From Nitrospiraceae bacterium (GTDB lineage: Bacteria > Nitrospirota > Nitrospiria > Nitrospirales > Nitrospiraceae): a DNA stretch of 64,000 bases. Position numbers and translations under genes: made by a program. The notes under the pieces are model-generated. The model was not told the DNA's origin, searched no databases, and saw only the letters and a list, made by a program, of their open reading frames with translations. This document shows, piece by piece, positions 18,137 to 30,027 of the stretch. The stretch's first letter is position 1; each line of letters opens with the position of its first letter. The DNA is taken from assembly GCA_050246315.1 (NCBI GenBank), contig JBFWWG010000009.1:20001-84000 (forward strand), written 5' to 3'.

Positions 18137-19612
18137 CTAAGGAAGCGGGAGCAAGGAAGAGGTCGTGAGGGAGATCAAGGGACCGGGGAACAGGCCGAAG
18201 ACAATGACCCCGACGATCGCGCTGACCAAGACGATGGTGAGCGCCGGGGACGGTGCCAGCATGGAAACAGCCGCAATCTGTGGGTCCGATTCGCGCATGT
18301 ACATCACCATGACGACCCGGAGGTAATAATAGGCCGAGATGGCCGCAAAGATCACAGCGGCCACCGCAAGCCACGTCAGTCCGCTATGGACTGCCGCCAT
18401 GAAGAGATAGAATTTGCCGATGAACCCGGCAGTGGGCGGAATTCCGGCGAGGGAGATCATGAACACCAACATGAGCAATGCCGCCGCCGGTTGGCGTTTG
18501 GCCAATCCGGTGAAAGATTCGATCTCCTCGCTTTCCAGTCCATTCCTGCGGAGCAGCGCGACGACCGCAAACGCGCCGATCGTCATGAAGGCATACACCG
18601 CCATATAGAACATCACGCTGGAAAGCCCCTGCGCAGCCTCGGAAGCCCGGCTGGAGCCGGCCGCCACCACGCCGATCAAGGCATAGCCCGCATGGGCGAT
18701 GCTGGAATAGGCCAGCATACGCTTCATGTTCGTTTGAACGATCGCGACCAGATTGCCGATCAGCAGAGTGGCGAGGCAAACCGCGATCAGGAGGCCCGAC
18801 CAGTCGCCCTTGAGGCCTTGAAGTCCTTCCAGAAAAACGCGCAAGAACGCCGCGAAGCTCGCCGCCTTGGAGGCCACCGCCATAAAGGCCGTGACGCTCG
18901 TCGGCGAACCTTCATACACATCGGGCGTCCACATGTGGAACGGCACGACGGCGAGCTTGAAACCGAATCCGACAACGAGGAGCACCATTGCGAACAACGA
19001 CATGGGATTGTCGAGCCCGGTTTGGCCGATCCCGGAGGCGATCGCGTTCAACTTGGTGCTGCCGGTCACGCCGAAGAGCAGAGAGATGCCATAGAGAAGA
19101 ATGCCGGACGAGAAGGCGCCCAGGACAAAATATTTCGCGGCGGCCTCGAGCGAGCGGGTTTCGTATCGCTTGATTCCGGCCAGAATGTACAGGGAGAGCG
19201 ACATCAGTTCCGTGCCCAGATAAATGGTCAGGAGGTCGTTGGCCGAGACCATGACCATCATGCCGAACAGCGAGAGCAAGAGAAAGCCGTAGTATTCGCC
19301 CAGGACCAGACGCTCCTCCTTCATATAAGCGAGGGAGAGCAGGATCGTCAGGCCTGTGACCACATAGAGCAACAGCTTCCAAAACCCTCCATAGGCGTCG
19401 ATGATGACCAGGTCGCTGAACAGGAGTGTTCGTCCTTCCAGGTGGGCCGCCGTGATGCCGCAGCAGATGGCGAGGGCCGCGAGGCTCAGCCAGGCCAAGG
19501 TGTCTTTGCGCGCAGGGGCGGTGATCGGGTCCAGCACTAAAACCAGACAGGCTGCTGCCACGACGATCAATTCAGGAAGCACGCCGAGCAGATCTGCCAT
19601 CGACGGCATCAT
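18137..19612 (-). CDS. nuoN: NADH-quinone oxidoreductase subunit N
   Basis: SLEAAAKYFVLGAFSS, GFKLAVVPFHMWTPDVYEG, MKRMLAYSSIAH. Confidence 0.97.
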   Translation of the reverse strand: MMPSMADLLGVLPELIVVAAACLVLVLDPITAPARKDTLAWLSLAALAICCGITAAHLEGRTLLFSDLVIIDAYGGFWKLLLYVVTGLTILLSLAYMKEERLVLGEYYGFLLLSLFGMMVMVSANDLLTIYLGTELMSLSLYILAGIKRYETRSLEAAAKYFVLGAFSSGILLYGISLLFGVTGSTKLNAIASGIGQTGLDNPMSLFAMVLLVVGFGFKLAVVPFHMWTPDVYEGSPTSVTAFMAVASKAASFAAFLRVFLEGLQGLKGDWSGLLIAVCLATLLIGNLVAIVQTNMKRMLAYSSIAHAGYALIGVVAAGSSRASEAAQGLSSVMFYMAVYAFMTIGAFAVVALLRRNGLESEEIESFTGLAKRQPAAALLMLVFMISLAGIPPTAGFIGKFYLFMAAVHSGLTWLAVAAVIFAAISAYYYLRVVMVMYMRESDPQIAAVSMLAPSPALTIVLVSAIVGVIVFGLFPGPLISLTTSSLLPLP

Positions 19613-21192
19613 GGGGTGTCATCCTCTGCCAGGGAAGCAAGTTGCCCGGCCGTCTTATCCTCCGCGCCGTCCAAACCGCGGTCCGAACTGCGTCCCGGCC
19701 GGTCCGCGTGGGCCGGCGGCGCGTCGGTCTCGCCCGAAGTGTCGCCGCCGAATTCCAGGAGATGGTTAACGGAACTGTGCATCGGGCTCAAGAGGACGTT
19801 CGGAAAGAAGCCGAGCCAAAACACGAAGACGATCAACGGCACGAAGGTCGCCATCTCGCGCAGGCTCAGGTCGGACAGGTGGCCGTGTCCCGGAGGGGTT
19901 CCGAATACCACCCGCTGCACCATCCAGAGGAGGTAGGCGGCGGCGAGAATCACTCCGAGTGCGGCGATCGCCGTGATGATCTTGCTGACCAGAAAGGTCC
20001 CGACCAGCACCAGAAACTCGCCCACGAAACTGTTGGTGCCGGGCAATCCCAACGAGGATAGAGCGAAGATCACCAGAAAGGTCGCGTAGCGGGGCATCGG
20101 GCCGGCGAGGCCTGTGTTGTCGGCGATCATCCGGCTGTGTGTCCGTTCGTAGATGGCGCCGACGCAGAGAAAGAGTCCGCCGGTGGTGATGCCGTGATTC
20201 ACCATCTGCATGACGGCTCCTTCGATCCCTTGCTGGGTAAACGTGAAGATGCCCAACGTGACGAAGCCCATATGGCTCACGCTGGAATAGGCGATCAATT
20301 TTTTCAAGTCGGCCTGGGCCAGGGCCATGTAGGCGCCATAGATGATGGCGATCACGGACAGGAGAATCATGGCCGGCGCAAACCGTTCGCTGGCGTCCGG
20401 CAGGATCGGCAGGCTCAACCGCAGGAACCCGTAGGTGCCCATTTTCAGCAGAATGCTGGCCAAAATGACGCTTCCGGCCGTCGGTGCCTCCACGTGCGCG
20501 TCGGGCAACCAGGTGTGGAACGGGAACATTGGCACCTTCACCGCGAAGGCGGCGAAGAAGGCCAAGAACAACCAGGTCTGCATGGTCGGGCTCAGGTGCA
20601 GCCGTGTGAGGGCGAGGATGTCGAAGGTTTGCCCTCCCTGGAAATACAACACCAGAATCGCAATCAGCAGCAGGAAGCTCCCGGCCAGGGTGTAGAGAAA
20701 GAACTTGATCGCCGCGTAGAGTCGGTTCGGTCCTCCCCAGACGCCGATCAGGAGGTACATGGGAATCAGCATGGCCTCCCAAAACACGTAGAAGAGGACG
20801 AAATCCAACGCGAGAAACACGCCAACCGTGGCCGCCTCCATGAGCAGCAGCGTGATCATGAAGCTCTTCAGCCGCGTCTGGATCGCATGCCAAGAAATGA
20901 GCACGCAGAAGGGCATGAGAAATGTCGTCATCAGGACCAACGGAAGACTGATGCCGTCGATGCCAAGCCGGTAGACGATCGGCGGTGACGGGATCCAGAC
21001 CGCTTCCTCGACGAACTGCATGCCGGTTGTCATGTGATCGAAACCGAACCAGACGGGGAGCGAGAACACAAACTCCAAAATCGTCACGACGAGCGCGGTG
21101 ATCCTCAAAGACTGCTCGCGCGAGAAGGCGAGTGCGAGCGCCCCTGCGACGGGGAAAAAAATCAAGAGGGTGAGCCAGGGAATGCTCGTCAT
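19609..21192 (-). CDS. nuoM: NADH-quinone oxidoreductase subunit M
   Basis: FWEAMLIPMY, AVKVPMFPFHTWLPDAHVEAP, LLKMGTYG. Confidence 0.97.
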   Translation of the reverse strand: MTSIPWLTLLIFFPVAGALALAFSREQSLRITALVVTILEFVFSLPVWFGFDHMTTGMQFVEEAVWIPSPPIVYRLGIDGISLPLVLMTTFLMPFCVLISWHAIQTRLKSFMITLLLMEAATVGVFLALDFVLFYVFWEAMLIPMYLLIGVWGGPNRLYAAIKFFLYTLAGSFLLLIAILVLYFQGGQTFDILALTRLHLSPTMQTWLFLAFFAAFAVKVPMFPFHTWLPDAHVEAPTAGSVILASILLKMGTYGFLRLSLPILPDASERFAPAMILLSVIAIIYGAYMALAQADLKKLIAYSSVSHMGFVTLGIFTFTQQGIEGAVMQMVNHGITTGGLFLCVGAIYERTHSRMIADNTGLAGPMPRYATFLVIFALSSLGLPGTNSFVGEFLVLVGTFLVSKIITAIAALGVILAAAYLLWMVQRVVFGTPPGHGHLSDLSLREMATFVPLIVFVFWLGFFPNVLLSPMHSSVNHLLEFGGDTSGETDAPPAHADRPGRSSDRGLDGAEDKTAGQLASLAEDDTP

Positions 21193-21294
21193 GCTAGCTC
21201 CAACCGGATGCTGAAAGGGTCCGCCCGCCGGGCACCCGCCCGGCGGGTGAGAATGGTGACCTTGTGGCGCATCCTCCGATGAACCCTCAACTCC

Positions 21295-23190
21295 TTACCA
21301 CCATAAATACAGGGCGGCGATGATCGCCGTGCCCAACGTCATGCCCAAGGCATAATGCTGCGTTTGCCCGCTTTGAATCAGCCGCAGGACGGCGCTAGCC
21401 GCCCCGATCGTCCGGGCGACGCCGTTAACGGCGCCGTCGATCACCGCCACATCGACCCGGCGCCAGAGGGAATCGGCGGCCTCAAACGTCGGACCGACCA
21501 CGGTCCGGTCGTAAATCTCATCCACAAACCATTTGTTCAACGACAGGCGGTAGAGCGTGCGCCATCGCTGCGCCAGACGATCCGGCAACCCGGGCGCCTG
21601 GACGTAGAGGTAGTAGGCCGCAGCGATTCCGATCAGCCCAAGCAGACTCGCAGTCGCCATGATGCCGACCGCTGCGGGCCCGTGATGGGGTGCTGCGGCT
21701 GTCTGCGCAAAGACCGGCGCCAGAAATTCCGGAATGCCGAGATAGCCGGCAGCGATACTGAGAATTGCCAGGACCACGAGTGGAATCGTCATCGTGCCGT
21801 CCGGTTCATGGACGTGTCCGGCGTGATGCGGATCCACATGACTCGATCCCCAAAATGTCACAAAGACCAGACGGAAACTGTAAAAGGCCGTCATCATTGC
21901 GGTCAGAAGGCCGAGGACGGTCAGGAATTGCCCGAGCGGCCCCGAGGCCCAGGCCCCGACCAACAGCTCATCCTTGCTGAAAAATCCCGCGGTCAGCGGA
22001 AAACCCGCGAGCGCCAGCGAGCCGATCACAAAGGTCCAGTAGGTGACCGGCAGCTTGTCGCGCAGGCCGCCCATGCGTCGCATGTCCTGTTCGTGGTGCA
22101 GGGCGATGATGACGGACCCGCACCCGAGGAACAGCAGCGCCTTGAACGCGCCGTGGGTCAGTAGGTGATAGATGCCCGCGCCGAAGGCGCCGAGTCCGCA
22201 GGCCATGATCATGTAGCCCAGTTGACTCATGGTCGAATAGGCCACGACTCGTTTGATGTCGGTCTGAGTCAGCGCGATCGTGGCCCCCATGACCATCGTG
22301 GCGGCCCCGACAAGCGCGACCACCTCCATCGCGGCGGGCGACAGCACGTACAAAGGGGCGAGCCTGGCCACCATGAATACCCCGGCCGTCACCATCGTGG
22401 CGGCATGGATCAGGGCGGAGATCGGCGTCGGACCCTCCATGGCGTCGGGCAGCCAGACGTGCAGCGGCACCTGAGCGGACTTGCCGATCGCGCCGACGAA
22501 GAGAAGCAGGCAGATCAAGGTCATCACCGAGATGTCCCATGTGCCGCCGAAGGGTCCGAGCAGGTTGATCATCTCCGATGCCTTGCTTCCGGCTTCCATC
22601 AGGACCGGTTGATAAGCCATCGTCCCGAAGGTGTACCAGACGAGCAGAACGCCGAGGATGAACCCGAAGTCTCCGATCCGATTGACGATAAAGGCCTTGG
22701 TAGCCGCCGAGCAGGCGGAAGGCCGTTCGTACCAATGGCCGATGAGCAGATAGGAGCAGAGGCCGACGGCTTCCCAGAAGATGAAGAGTTGCAGAAAATT
22801 GTTCGAGAGGACGAGCATCAGCATCGAGAACGTGAAGAGCGCAATGTACGCGAAGAAGCGCGCATAGCCCTTTTCGCCCTTCATGTAGCCGATCGTATAG
22901 ATGTGCACGAGCGAACTGACGATCGTGACCAGCAGCAACATGGCGACCGTCAATCGGTCGAAGTACAGACCCAATTCCACAGTGAGACTGCCGGAGGTCA
23001 TCCAGTTGTACAGCGGGATCTCGATGTTCCGGCCTCCCGCCACCTCGCCGAGGACGAGAAACGAGAGCAGGCAGGACGTCAGGACCGCCGGCACCGCCAC
23101 CAGGTGCGCCCGGTCCTTGAGCCAATGGCCGAAGAGCCCGACCACGAGGAAGGCCAGAAACGGCAGCAGCGGGATCAGGACCAGATACAC
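21295..23190 (-). CDS. nuoL: NADH-quinone oxidoreductase subunit L
   Basis: GKSAQVPLHVWLPDAMEGPTPISALIHAATMV, THGAFKALLFL. Confidence 0.97.
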   Translation of the reverse strand: MYLVLIPLLPFLAFLVVGLFGHWLKDRAHLVAVPAVLTSCLLSFLVLGEVAGGRNIEIPLYNWMTSGSLTVELGLYFDRLTVAMLLLVTIVSSLVHIYTIGYMKGEKGYARFFAYIALFTFSMLMLVLSNNFLQLFIFWEAVGLCSYLLIGHWYERPSACSAATKAFIVNRIGDFGFILGVLLVWYTFGTMAYQPVLMEAGSKASEMINLLGPFGGTWDISVMTLICLLLFVGAIGKSAQVPLHVWLPDAMEGPTPISALIHAATMVTAGVFMVARLAPLYVLSPAAMEVVALVGAATMVMGATIALTQTDIKRVVAYSTMSQLGYMIMACGLGAFGAGIYHLLTHGAFKALLFLGCGSVIIALHHEQDMRRMGGLRDKLPVTYWTFVIGSLALAGFPLTAGFFSKDELLVGAWASGPLGQFLTVLGLLTAMMTAFYSFRLVFVTFWGSSHVDPHHAGHVHEPDGTMTIPLVVLAILSIAAGYLGIPEFLAPVFAQTAAAPHHGPAAVGIMATASLLGLIGIAAAYYLYVQAPGLPDRLAQRWRTLYRLSLNKWFVDEIYDRTVVGPTFEAADSLWRRVDVAVIDGAVNGVARTIGAASAVLRLIQSGQTQHYALGMTLGTAIIAALYLWW

Positions 23191-23194
23191 GAGG

Positions 23195-23497
23195 TCAGCC
23201 TTTCAAGAGGTTGAATTCATCCACGTTGATCGTGGATTTTGCGCGGTAGAGCGCGATGATGATGGCGAGTCCTACCGCCACTTCCGCGGCCGCGACGGTC
23301 AGCGCGAAGAACACGAACACCTGCCCGGCCATGTTGTGGAGGTAATGGGAGAAGGCCACGAAATTGATATTTGTCGCGTTCAGCATCAGCTCGACCGAGA
23401 GCAAAATGATGATGATATTCCGGCGGATCAGGACACCGACCAGCCCGGTCACGAAGACGATCGCGCTCAGCGCGACATAGTAGGAGAGCGGAATCAT
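23195..23497 (-). CDS. nuoK: NADH-quinone oxidoreductase subunit K
   Basis: [26 protein letters not shown]. Confidence 0.97.
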   Translation of the reverse strand: MIPLSYYVALSAIVFVTGLVGVLIRRNIIIILLSVELMLNATNINFVAFSHYLHNMAGQVFVFFALTVAAAEVAVGLAIIIALYRAKSTINVDEFNLLKG

Positions 23498-24030
23498 CTC
23501 GGCAGCGACTCCTGCTGAGACCGGTCCGGCGGCGCAACGATCAGATCCCGTTTCGCCAGGATGATGGCGCCGACCATCGCGACCAGCAGCAACAACGAGG
23601 CAATTTCGAACGGATAGAGGTACTGGGTGAACAGCAGTTCTCCCACCGCTTCGGTATTGCCTTCCGTTTGGGACGCCAGGGCGGACGCATCGACGCCGGC
23701 GAAGCGCGGTGCGGCGATGATCAGCAACGCTTCGGTGGCCAGCATCAAGCCAAGAAACGCCGCCAGGGGTCCCTGCGAGTGATATCGCTCCTCCCGTTTC
23801 ACGTTCAAGAGCATGACGACGAAGAGATACAGGACGAGAATGGCCCCTGCGTAGACGATCACCTGCACGGCCGCGAGAAACTCAGCGTGGAGCGTGACAT
23901 AGAGACCGGCGACATGGAAGAACAGGATCAACAGCGACAGCGCGCTATAGACAGGGTTCTTCAGCAGCACGACCAGCACGGACGTCACGACGATGACGCC
24001 CGCGAGATAAAAGAAGACAAACTGGCTCAT
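23494..24030 (-). CDS. nuoJ: NADH-quinone oxidoreductase subunit J
   Basis: [45 protein letters not shown]. Confidence 0.96.
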   Translation of the reverse strand: MSQFVFFYLAGVIVVTSVLVVLLKNPVYSALSLLILFFHVAGLYVTLHAEFLAAVQVIVYAGAILVLYLFVVMLLNVKREERYHSQGPLAAFLGLMLATEALLIIAAPRFAGVDASALASQTEGNTEAVGELLFTQYLYPFEIASLLLLVAMVGAIILAKRDLIVAPPDRSQQESLPR

Positions 24031-24189
24031 TTCGGCACGGTCCTTCCCACGATCATGCCGCTCGTGGCGGCCCTCGACCCCATGTACGCAGGATGCCCCG
24101 GCGACCGGGGCGCGTCCTGCTCGATGCTCTCCGGTCTGACCTCGGTCGCCGTCTGTCTGGAGTCCACGAGGCGAGGAGGCGCGGACGGA

Positions 24190-24765
24190 TCAACTCGGCT
24201 TCTGCGGAAGACCCTTGAACGACACGTTGAAGAACGCCACGTTCCGGTGTTGCAGCTCCAACCGCTTCTCGCGGACCGGGAACGAACGGTCGCCGATTGC
24301 GAGGAGCTGTTGCTTGTTCAACTGCAAATCGCGCTTGTCGTAGACGGCCCATTCGAACTCGCGGGTCATCCCCAGGGCGTCCACCGGACAAGCGTCTACG
24401 CAGAGGCCGCAAAAAAGGCAGCGCGTCATGTCCATGTAATATTCTTTCGAATACCGTTTGGTCGGCTCCCCGGGCACTTCCGCGCTGACCACTCGGATCA
24501 CCCGAGACGGGCAGGCGGCCTCGCACAGGTCGCAGCCCACGCATTTTTCCGTGCCGTCGTCGTACCGCAGCAGCGCCAACATGCCTCGGTAGCTGTCCGG
24601 CAGCGTCCGCTTTTCGTGCGGATACTGGAGCGTGATCGGGCGATAGCGCAGGAGGTGCGACATCGTCGCCTTCATGCCGACCAGCAGCTCATAGAAGGTG
24701 ATGGTCTTGACCCAACTCTTCAGCCGGTCGAGCGAAGAAGGCGCTGTAGAGCCGGTCGGCTGCAT
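24190..24765 (-). CDS. nuoI: NADH-quinone oxidoreductase subunit I
   Basis: C-terminal part of the 512-aa track ORF, starting at the ATG at 24765; two [4Fe-4S] motifs CVGCDLCEAACP and CLFCGLCVDACP. Confidence 0.95.
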   Translation of the reverse strand: MQPTGSTAPSSLDRLKSWVKTITFYELLVGMKATMSHLLRYRPITLQYPHEKRTLPDSYRGMLALLRYDDGTEKCVGCDLCEAACPSRVIRVVSAEVPGEPTKRYSKEYYMDMTRCLFCGLCVDACPVDALGMTREFEWAVYDKRDLQLNKQQLLAIGDRSFPVREKRLELQHRNVAFFNVSFKGLPQKPS

Positions 24766-24773
24766 GGGTCTCC

Positions 24774-25841
24774 TTACGACTTCACACCCGGAAAGAAATA
24801 GGCGGCCAGAGAGGTCACCACGATATTGCCCAGCGCGATTGGCAACATGACCTTCCAGCCGAAGCGCATGAGCTGGTCGTACCGGAGCCTCGGCAGCGTC
24901 GCGCGGAGCCAAAAAAACAGAAACAGGAAGAAATAGACCTTCACCGTAAACCAGGCGATGTTTTCGATCCAGCCGATGTTGGCGGGGAGGATCGTGCCGG
25001 GATAGGGCGCGTTCCAACCGCCAAGAAATAGAATGGCCGCAATGCAGGACACCAGAATCATGTTGGCATATTCGGCAAGGAAGTAGAATGCGAACCGCAT
25101 CCCGCTGTATTCGGTGAAGAAGCCCGCCACCAATTCGCTCTCGGCCTCCGGGAGGTCGAAGGGCACCCGGTTGGTCTCGGCGACCGAGGAGATGACGTAG
25201 ACGACAAAGGCGAAGACCTGCGGAAAGGGCGCCGCCAGCACAAACCAGTTCCAGAACCAGCCGCTCTGCGCCTCCGTGATCTTGACCAGGCTGAGCGAGC
25301 CGGCCAGCAAGACGACGCCGACGATCGCCAATCCGACGTTCAGCTCGTAACTGATGATCTGAGCGGCCGATCGCAAGCCTCCCAACAGCGAATATTTGCT
25401 GTTGGAAGCCCAGCCTCCCAGGATGATCCCGTAGGCGCCGATTGAGGCGAAGGCCAGGATGTAGAGAATGCCGATGTTGATGTCGCTGATGACGAACGGC
25501 TTGAACTGATGGCCGAACAATTCCACCGTCTGGGACGGTCCGAAGGGGATCACCGCGAATCCGATCAGCGCGGGCACCAAGGCAAGGATCGGCGCCATGC
25601 TGAACATCAGCTTGTTGGCGCCGGCCGGCACGATGTCTTCCTTGAAGAAAAGCTTCAGGCCGTCTGCGATCGGTTGCAGCACCCCGTAGGGACCGACTTC
25701 CATGGGTCCCATACGATCCTGCATCCACCCAAGCACTTTCCGCTCAGCCAGGGTCAGAAACATCACGGTCAGCAAGACGACTCCCAGCACGACCGCGATT
25801 TGCCCAAGCGCAAACGCGACTTTCACACCAAGTTCGGTCAC
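24774..25841 (-). CDS. nuoH: NADH-quinone oxidoreductase subunit H
   Basis: [44 protein letters not shown]. Confidence 0.97.
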   Translation of the reverse strand: MTELGVKVAFALGQIAVVLGVVLLTVMFLTLAERKVLGWMQDRMGPMEVGPYGVLQPIADGLKLFFKEDIVPAGANKLMFSMAPILALVPALIGFAVIPFGPSQTVELFGHQFKPFVISDINIGILYILAFASIGAYGIILGGWASNSKYSLLGGLRSAAQIISYELNVGLAIVGVVLLAGSLSLVKITEAQSGWFWNWFVLAAPFPQVFAFVVYVISSVAETNRVPFDLPEAESELVAGFFTEYSGMRFAFYFLAEYANMILVSCIAAILFLGGWNAPYPGTILPANIGWIENIAWFTVKVYFFLFLFFWLRATLPRLRYDQLMRFGWKVMLPIALGNIVVTSLAAYFFPGVKS

Positions 25842-25845
25842 GACG

Positions 25846-28512
25846 TTACTCCTTTACGACCTCCACGGTCGCGCAATGGAACGACGGCACCTTTGTGACG
25901 GGATCGAGGGTACAGTCCAACAGTCCGATCATTTCTTGAGCAAAATGATCCGGGAACCAAGCCGTTCCTTGCGGGATACGCTCCGACAGGTGCACGGTGG
26001 TTCTCGCCTCCCCCCGCTCGTTTCGCACGAGTACCCGGTCACCTTCGGCAAGCGATCGACCGACCGCATCGGTCGGATTGAGCGACAGGGCGCCGGCCGG
26101 TTGAACTTGCAGCAGACCTTTGGAACGAGTCGAGAGTTTCCCGGAATGGAACAAGCTTTGTCCCAGCAGCAGCCGTAGATGCGGCTTGGGCGGTGCGGGC
26201 GATACTGCCGGTGTGTAACGGCTTGACAGATTGGACCGGAATCCCTCCTTCAGGTATTGCTCGACGACGCCGGGGACCGGCTTCGGCGGAATCGGAGTCG
26301 GGCCCAGCAGTCCGTGTCCTGGGATCACCGTGCGGAGTTCCTTGGAGATCTCCTGCGCGTCGTCATATTCGAGCGGATAACCCATCAACGTCGCGATGCC
26401 GCACAGGATTTCCCAGTCGGGCCTACTGTCGCCGACAGGGTTGATGGCTCGGCGGACCTTCTGCACATAGCCTTCCGTATTGGTGAACGATCCGTTCTTC
26501 TCGGCATAGGAGCAGGCGGGAAGCACCACATGGGCCAGCTTGGCCGTTTCGGTCAGGAACAGTTCCTGACAAACCAGCAGATCCAGCCCTTCCAGGGCTT
26601 CGCGGACCTTGACGCTTGGGGGGAGCGTGCCGACAGGATTCTCCCCCACGATAAACATCACTTTGACCGCTCCTTGGCGGGCCTGATCGAGCAACTCCAT
26701 CATCGTGAACGCCTGTCCCTGGGTCAGGTCATCCTTCCAATGGTTGGTCACCGAATCGCGGGCGTTGCGATCTTGAACGGGGAGACTGCCGGGCAAGTAG
26801 CCGGCCACGGCGCCCACGTCGATCGCTCCCTGTTCGTTGTTCTCTTCTGCTAGCGGCGCGAGGCCGCACCCTGGCTGGTCATGCCGTCCGAGGAGAATCA
26901 GCAGATCCAGCAAGGCGAGCGAGGCCGTATGGCCGGAAGGAGAACGGAGGAGGGCTTGTCCGACAAGGATCACGGTCCGCTTGCCCCTGGCGAGCGCCGC
27001 CGCCATGTCTTGCATCGCCTTGGCTCCGGTGCCTGAGGCCGTTTCGAGTGCCGGCCACGTCAGGTTCGCCGTCAATTCGGCGATGGCACGCACATAATCG
27101 GGAGCCTTCTGAGCCAGATTTGCATCGACAGCTCCCTGTTCGATGACCGCCTTGATCAGCCCGAGGATCACGGCTTGGAACTGATCCGGACGCGCGGTGA
27201 TATGAAGGTGGGCCAAGTTGGTAATGTTGCTGATCTTCTCGACGGCCGGTTGGACGGGTTCCACGGTCAACAAGGTGGCGCGACGCTTCTTCACCGCCTC
27301 CTTCACGCGCAACCCGGTGACCGGGTTGGTCTCGGTGATGTTCGTGCCGACAAGCAGCAGTATGTCCGCGGCGACCACGTCTTCCATCGCAACCGTCCAC
27401 CGAGTGACGCCGAGCACCAATCTCAGTGCACGAATCGCGTTGATGTAGCCGTACCGGACGCTACTGTCGAGCTTGTTGGTGCCGATGGCCAGACGCATGA
27501 ATTTTTGGAAAAGATAGAGATCTTCGTTGGTGCAGCGCGTGCCGATCAGGCCGGCGAAAGCATCCGCCCCATGCGAGAGCTTGAGTCGGACCGACGTTTC
27601 CGCCACATATCCCAACGCTTCCTCCCAGGTGGCCGGGACCAGCCGCCCCTCCTGCCGGATCAACGGGGTGGTGAGCCGGTCCGGGTGGGTGGTGACATGG
27701 TAGCCGAAGAACCCGCGTGCGCAGAGATCGCCGTTGTTGCGGCCGGCGCCGTAGGCGGAATTCACTTCGATCGGCTCGTTATTTTTGGCTTGGATCGTGA
27801 TTTGGCAGCCATCGCCGCAGAAGGTGCAGATCGTATCGGCTCGCTTCAGCATCCAAGGGCGGTATTCGTACATGGAGAGTCGGCTCGTGATGGCACCGAC
27901 CGGGCAGATCTGGACGCAGCCACCGCAAAATTCGCAATCGAGCTGATGGGAGGTGAAGTGCTTGATTTCCGTCATCGTGCCGCGCCCGCTGGGGGCCAGG
28001 GCCTTCACGTCCATCACCTCATCGCAGTACCGAACACACCGGAGGCACTGAACGCAGCGGTTCATCTGGGTTTCAATGAGCGGGCTGAAATAGTCTTTCT
28101 GGAAGAGACGCTTGACCTCGATGAACCGGCTGGTCGTGGGGGTGTATTCGTGCGAAAAGTCCTGGAGGTCGCACCGACCGCCCTGGTCGCAGACGGGACA
28201 GTCGAGCGGATGGTTCGCGAGGATGAATTCCAACACGGATTTGTGGGCATTGTTGACGACGGTCGTGGCGGTCCGGACCGTCATGCCCTCGGTCACCGGC
28301 GTGCTGCACGAGGTCTGGAGTTTCGGCATTTTCTCGATCTCGACCAGGCACATCCGGCAATTGGCGTCCGGCTTCAGCTTGGGGTGATAGCAAAAATGCG
28401 GAATCATCACCCCGACACGACGCGCGGCTTCGATCACCAAGGTGCCCTTGGGTACCGTGACGGGGATGCCGTCGATCGTCAGGTGAACCAGCTCGGTTGC
28501 CGTATTGGTCAT
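25846..28512 (-). CDS. nuoG: NADH-quinone oxidoreductase subunit G
   Basis: [46 protein letters not shown] (N7-type cluster), and a molybdopterin-oxidoreductase-like body. Confidence 0.95.
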   Translation of the reverse strand: MTNTATELVHLTIDGIPVTVPKGTLVIEAARRVGVMIPHFCYHPKLKPDANCRMCLVEIEKMPKLQTSCSTPVTEGMTVRTATTVVNNAHKSVLEFILANHPLDCPVCDQGGRCDLQDFSHEYTPTTSRFIEVKRLFQKDYFSPLIETQMNRCVQCLRCVRYCDEVMDVKALAPSGRGTMTEIKHFTSHQLDCEFCGGCVQICPVGAITSRLSMYEYRPWMLKRADTICTFCGDGCQITIQAKNNEPIEVNSAYGAGRNNGDLCARGFFGYHVTTHPDRLTTPLIRQEGRLVPATWEEALGYVAETSVRLKLSHGADAFAGLIGTRCTNEDLYLFQKFMRLAIGTNKLDSSVRYGYINAIRALRLVLGVTRWTVAMEDVVAADILLLVGTNITETNPVTGLRVKEAVKKRRATLLTVEPVQPAVEKISNITNLAHLHITARPDQFQAVILGLIKAVIEQGAVDANLAQKAPDYVRAIAELTANLTWPALETASGTGAKAMQDMAAALARGKRTVILVGQALLRSPSGHTASLALLDLLILLGRHDQPGCGLAPLAEENNEQGAIDVGAVAGYLPGSLPVQDRNARDSVTNHWKDDLTQGQAFTMMELLDQARQGAVKVMFIVGENPVGTLPPSVKVREALEGLDLLVCQELFLTETAKLAHVVLPACSYAEKNGSFTNTEGYVQKVRRAINPVGDSRPDWEILCGIATLMGYPLEYDDAQEISKELRTVIPGHGLLGPTPIPPKPVPGVVEQYLKEGFRSNLSSRYTPAVSPAPPKPHLRLLLGQSLFHSGKLSTRSKGLLQVQPAGALSLNPTDAVGRSLAEGDRVLVRNERGEARTTVHLSERIPQGTAWFPDHFAQEMIGLLDCTLDPVTKVPSFHCATVEVVKE

Positions 28513-28608
28513 GGGTCAATAGTCATCGGTCAATGGGTAGAGAGCGTTCGCAACGGGCAACGGCTGCATGAATGCATCGTCGGCTCGAATGACGAATGAC
28601 CATTGACG
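28508..28608. repeat. Heptamer-periodic inverted repeat between nuoF and nuoG
   Basis: GTCATGG GTCAATA GTCATCG GTCAATG ... GAATGAC GAATGAC CATTGAC. Confidence 0.75.
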
Positions 28609-28613
28609 ATCTC

Positions 28614-29930
28614 TTAATGTCTCGCCGCCGGCATGACCAATTCGGGGATGCCGGAAAGCCCCAGCGATTTCGCCTCCCGGATCAGGTCCTCATACTCCTG
28701 CCGCCAGTACTTCAACGTGCTCAGGATGGGAGACACCTCCGCGTCGCCGAACGCGCAGACTGTTCGCCCGGCGATGTTCTTGCACAGATCCGCCAGGGTT
28801 TCAAGGTCCTCCAGGCGCCCCCGCTTGTCCAGGATGCGGCGCAGGGTCTGGGTGAGCCAGGAGCTGCCCTCTCGACAGGGCGTACACTTGCCGCAGGACT
28901 CGTGATAGAAAAATTCCATCAATCGCAAGGCCGCCCACACCATGCTCGTTCCCTCTTCCATGACCGTGACGCCGCCGGACCCCAGCATCGATCCGGCCTG
29001 GGCGACCGATTCAAAATCCATCTTCACGTCCAGGTGATCAGGGGTCAAAAAGGGCGCCGAGGCCCCGCCGGGGATGAAGGCCTTGAGCGGCTTGTCCGAT
29101 CGCATCCCGCCGGCCTGCCCATAGATCAACTCGCGAAACGTGATGCCCATCGGCACTTCATAGTTGCCTGGCCGCTGGACGTGCCCGCTCACACAGAAAA
29201 TCCTGGTACCGGTGCTTTTGGGCGGAGAACCGATGGAGGCAAACCATTCGGGCCCTCGGGTGATGATATGCGGAAGGTTCGCCAGCGTCTCCACGTTATT
29301 GACCACCGTCGGCTTGCCATAGAGGCCGTGTGTGGCAGGAAAGGGAGGTTTGACGCGGGGCAAGCCGCGCTTGCCTTCCAGGGATTCGAGCAGAGCCGTC
29401 TCCTCCCCGCAGATATAGGCGCCGGCGCCGCGGTGGACGTAGATCTCGATGGTGATGCCGCTCCCCCAGATATTCTTTCCCAGATAACCGGCCGCCCTGG
29501 CTGCTGCGATCGCGCGCTCCAGGATCGAGGCACCCAACGCGAATTCTCCGCGGATATAGATGTAGGAGGTTTCCGATCCGATCGCGTAACTGGCGATGGC
29601 GATGCCTTCCAGAACCTGATGGGGATCTCGCTCCATCAACTGCCGGTCCTTGAAGGTGCCCGGCTCGCTTTCGTCGGCGTTGCAGCAGAGGTAGCGAGGC
29701 CCTTGGTAATCCTTGGGTAGGAACCCCCATTTGATGCCCGTGGGAAACCCGGCGCCGCCCCGTCCCCGCAGGCCGGACTTCGTCACGATCGCCGCGACTT
29801 CGGCTGGGGCGACCTTGCCCAGGACCTGGCGCAGGGCTTGATAGCCTCCGGTCCGCTCGTAGTCCGTTAGGGAGCCGCTATAGCCCGGCTGCATCATGTT
29901 CTTGAGGAGGATCGGTTCGTGTGTATGCAT
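28614..29930 (-). CDS. nuoF: NADH-quinone oxidoreductase subunit F
   Basis: SGLRGRGGAGFPTG, NADESEPGTFKDR, GAGAYICGEETAL, CGKCTPCREG. Start moved to 29930 because the track start lies inside a repeat. Confidence 0.97.
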   Translation of the reverse strand: MHTHEPILLKNMMQPGYSGSLTDYERTGGYQALRQVLGKVAPAEVAAIVTKSGLRGRGGAGFPTGIKWGFLPKDYQGPRYLCCNADESEPGTFKDRQLMERDPHQVLEGIAIASYAIGSETSYIYIRGEFALGASILERAIAAARAAGYLGKNIWGSGITIEIYVHRGAGAYICGEETALLESLEGKRGLPRVKPPFPATHGLYGKPTVVNNVETLANLPHIITRGPEWFASIGSPPKSTGTRIFCVSGHVQRPGNYEVPMGITFRELIYGQAGGMRSDKPLKAFIPGGASAPFLTPDHLDVKMDFESVAQAGSMLGSGGVTVMEEGTSMVWAALRLMEFFYHESCGKCTPCREGSSWLTQTLRRILDKRGRLEDLETLADLCKNIAGRTVCAFGDAEVSPILSTLKYWRQEYEDLIREAKSLGLSGIPELVMPAARH

Positions 29931-29933
29931 GCT

Positions 29934-30025
29934 CGTCGTTTCGTCAAACGTCAACGGTCATTCGTCAATCGGAGGCGAGGACGACTTCCCACCATGATCT
30001 TCCGAATGACAAGTGACGATTGACG
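29934..30025. repeat. Heptamer-periodic inverted repeat between nuoE and nuoF
   Basis: CGTCAAA CGTCAAC GGTCATT CGTCAAT ... GAATGAC AAGTGAC GATTGAC. Confidence 0.75.
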
Positions 30026-30027
30026 GG

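Noticed and set aside
24088-24120. Strong hairpin between nuoI and nuoJ as a terminator
   Set aside because: No U-tract on the sense strand and it lies inside the operon; at most a stabilising or REP-like hairpin.
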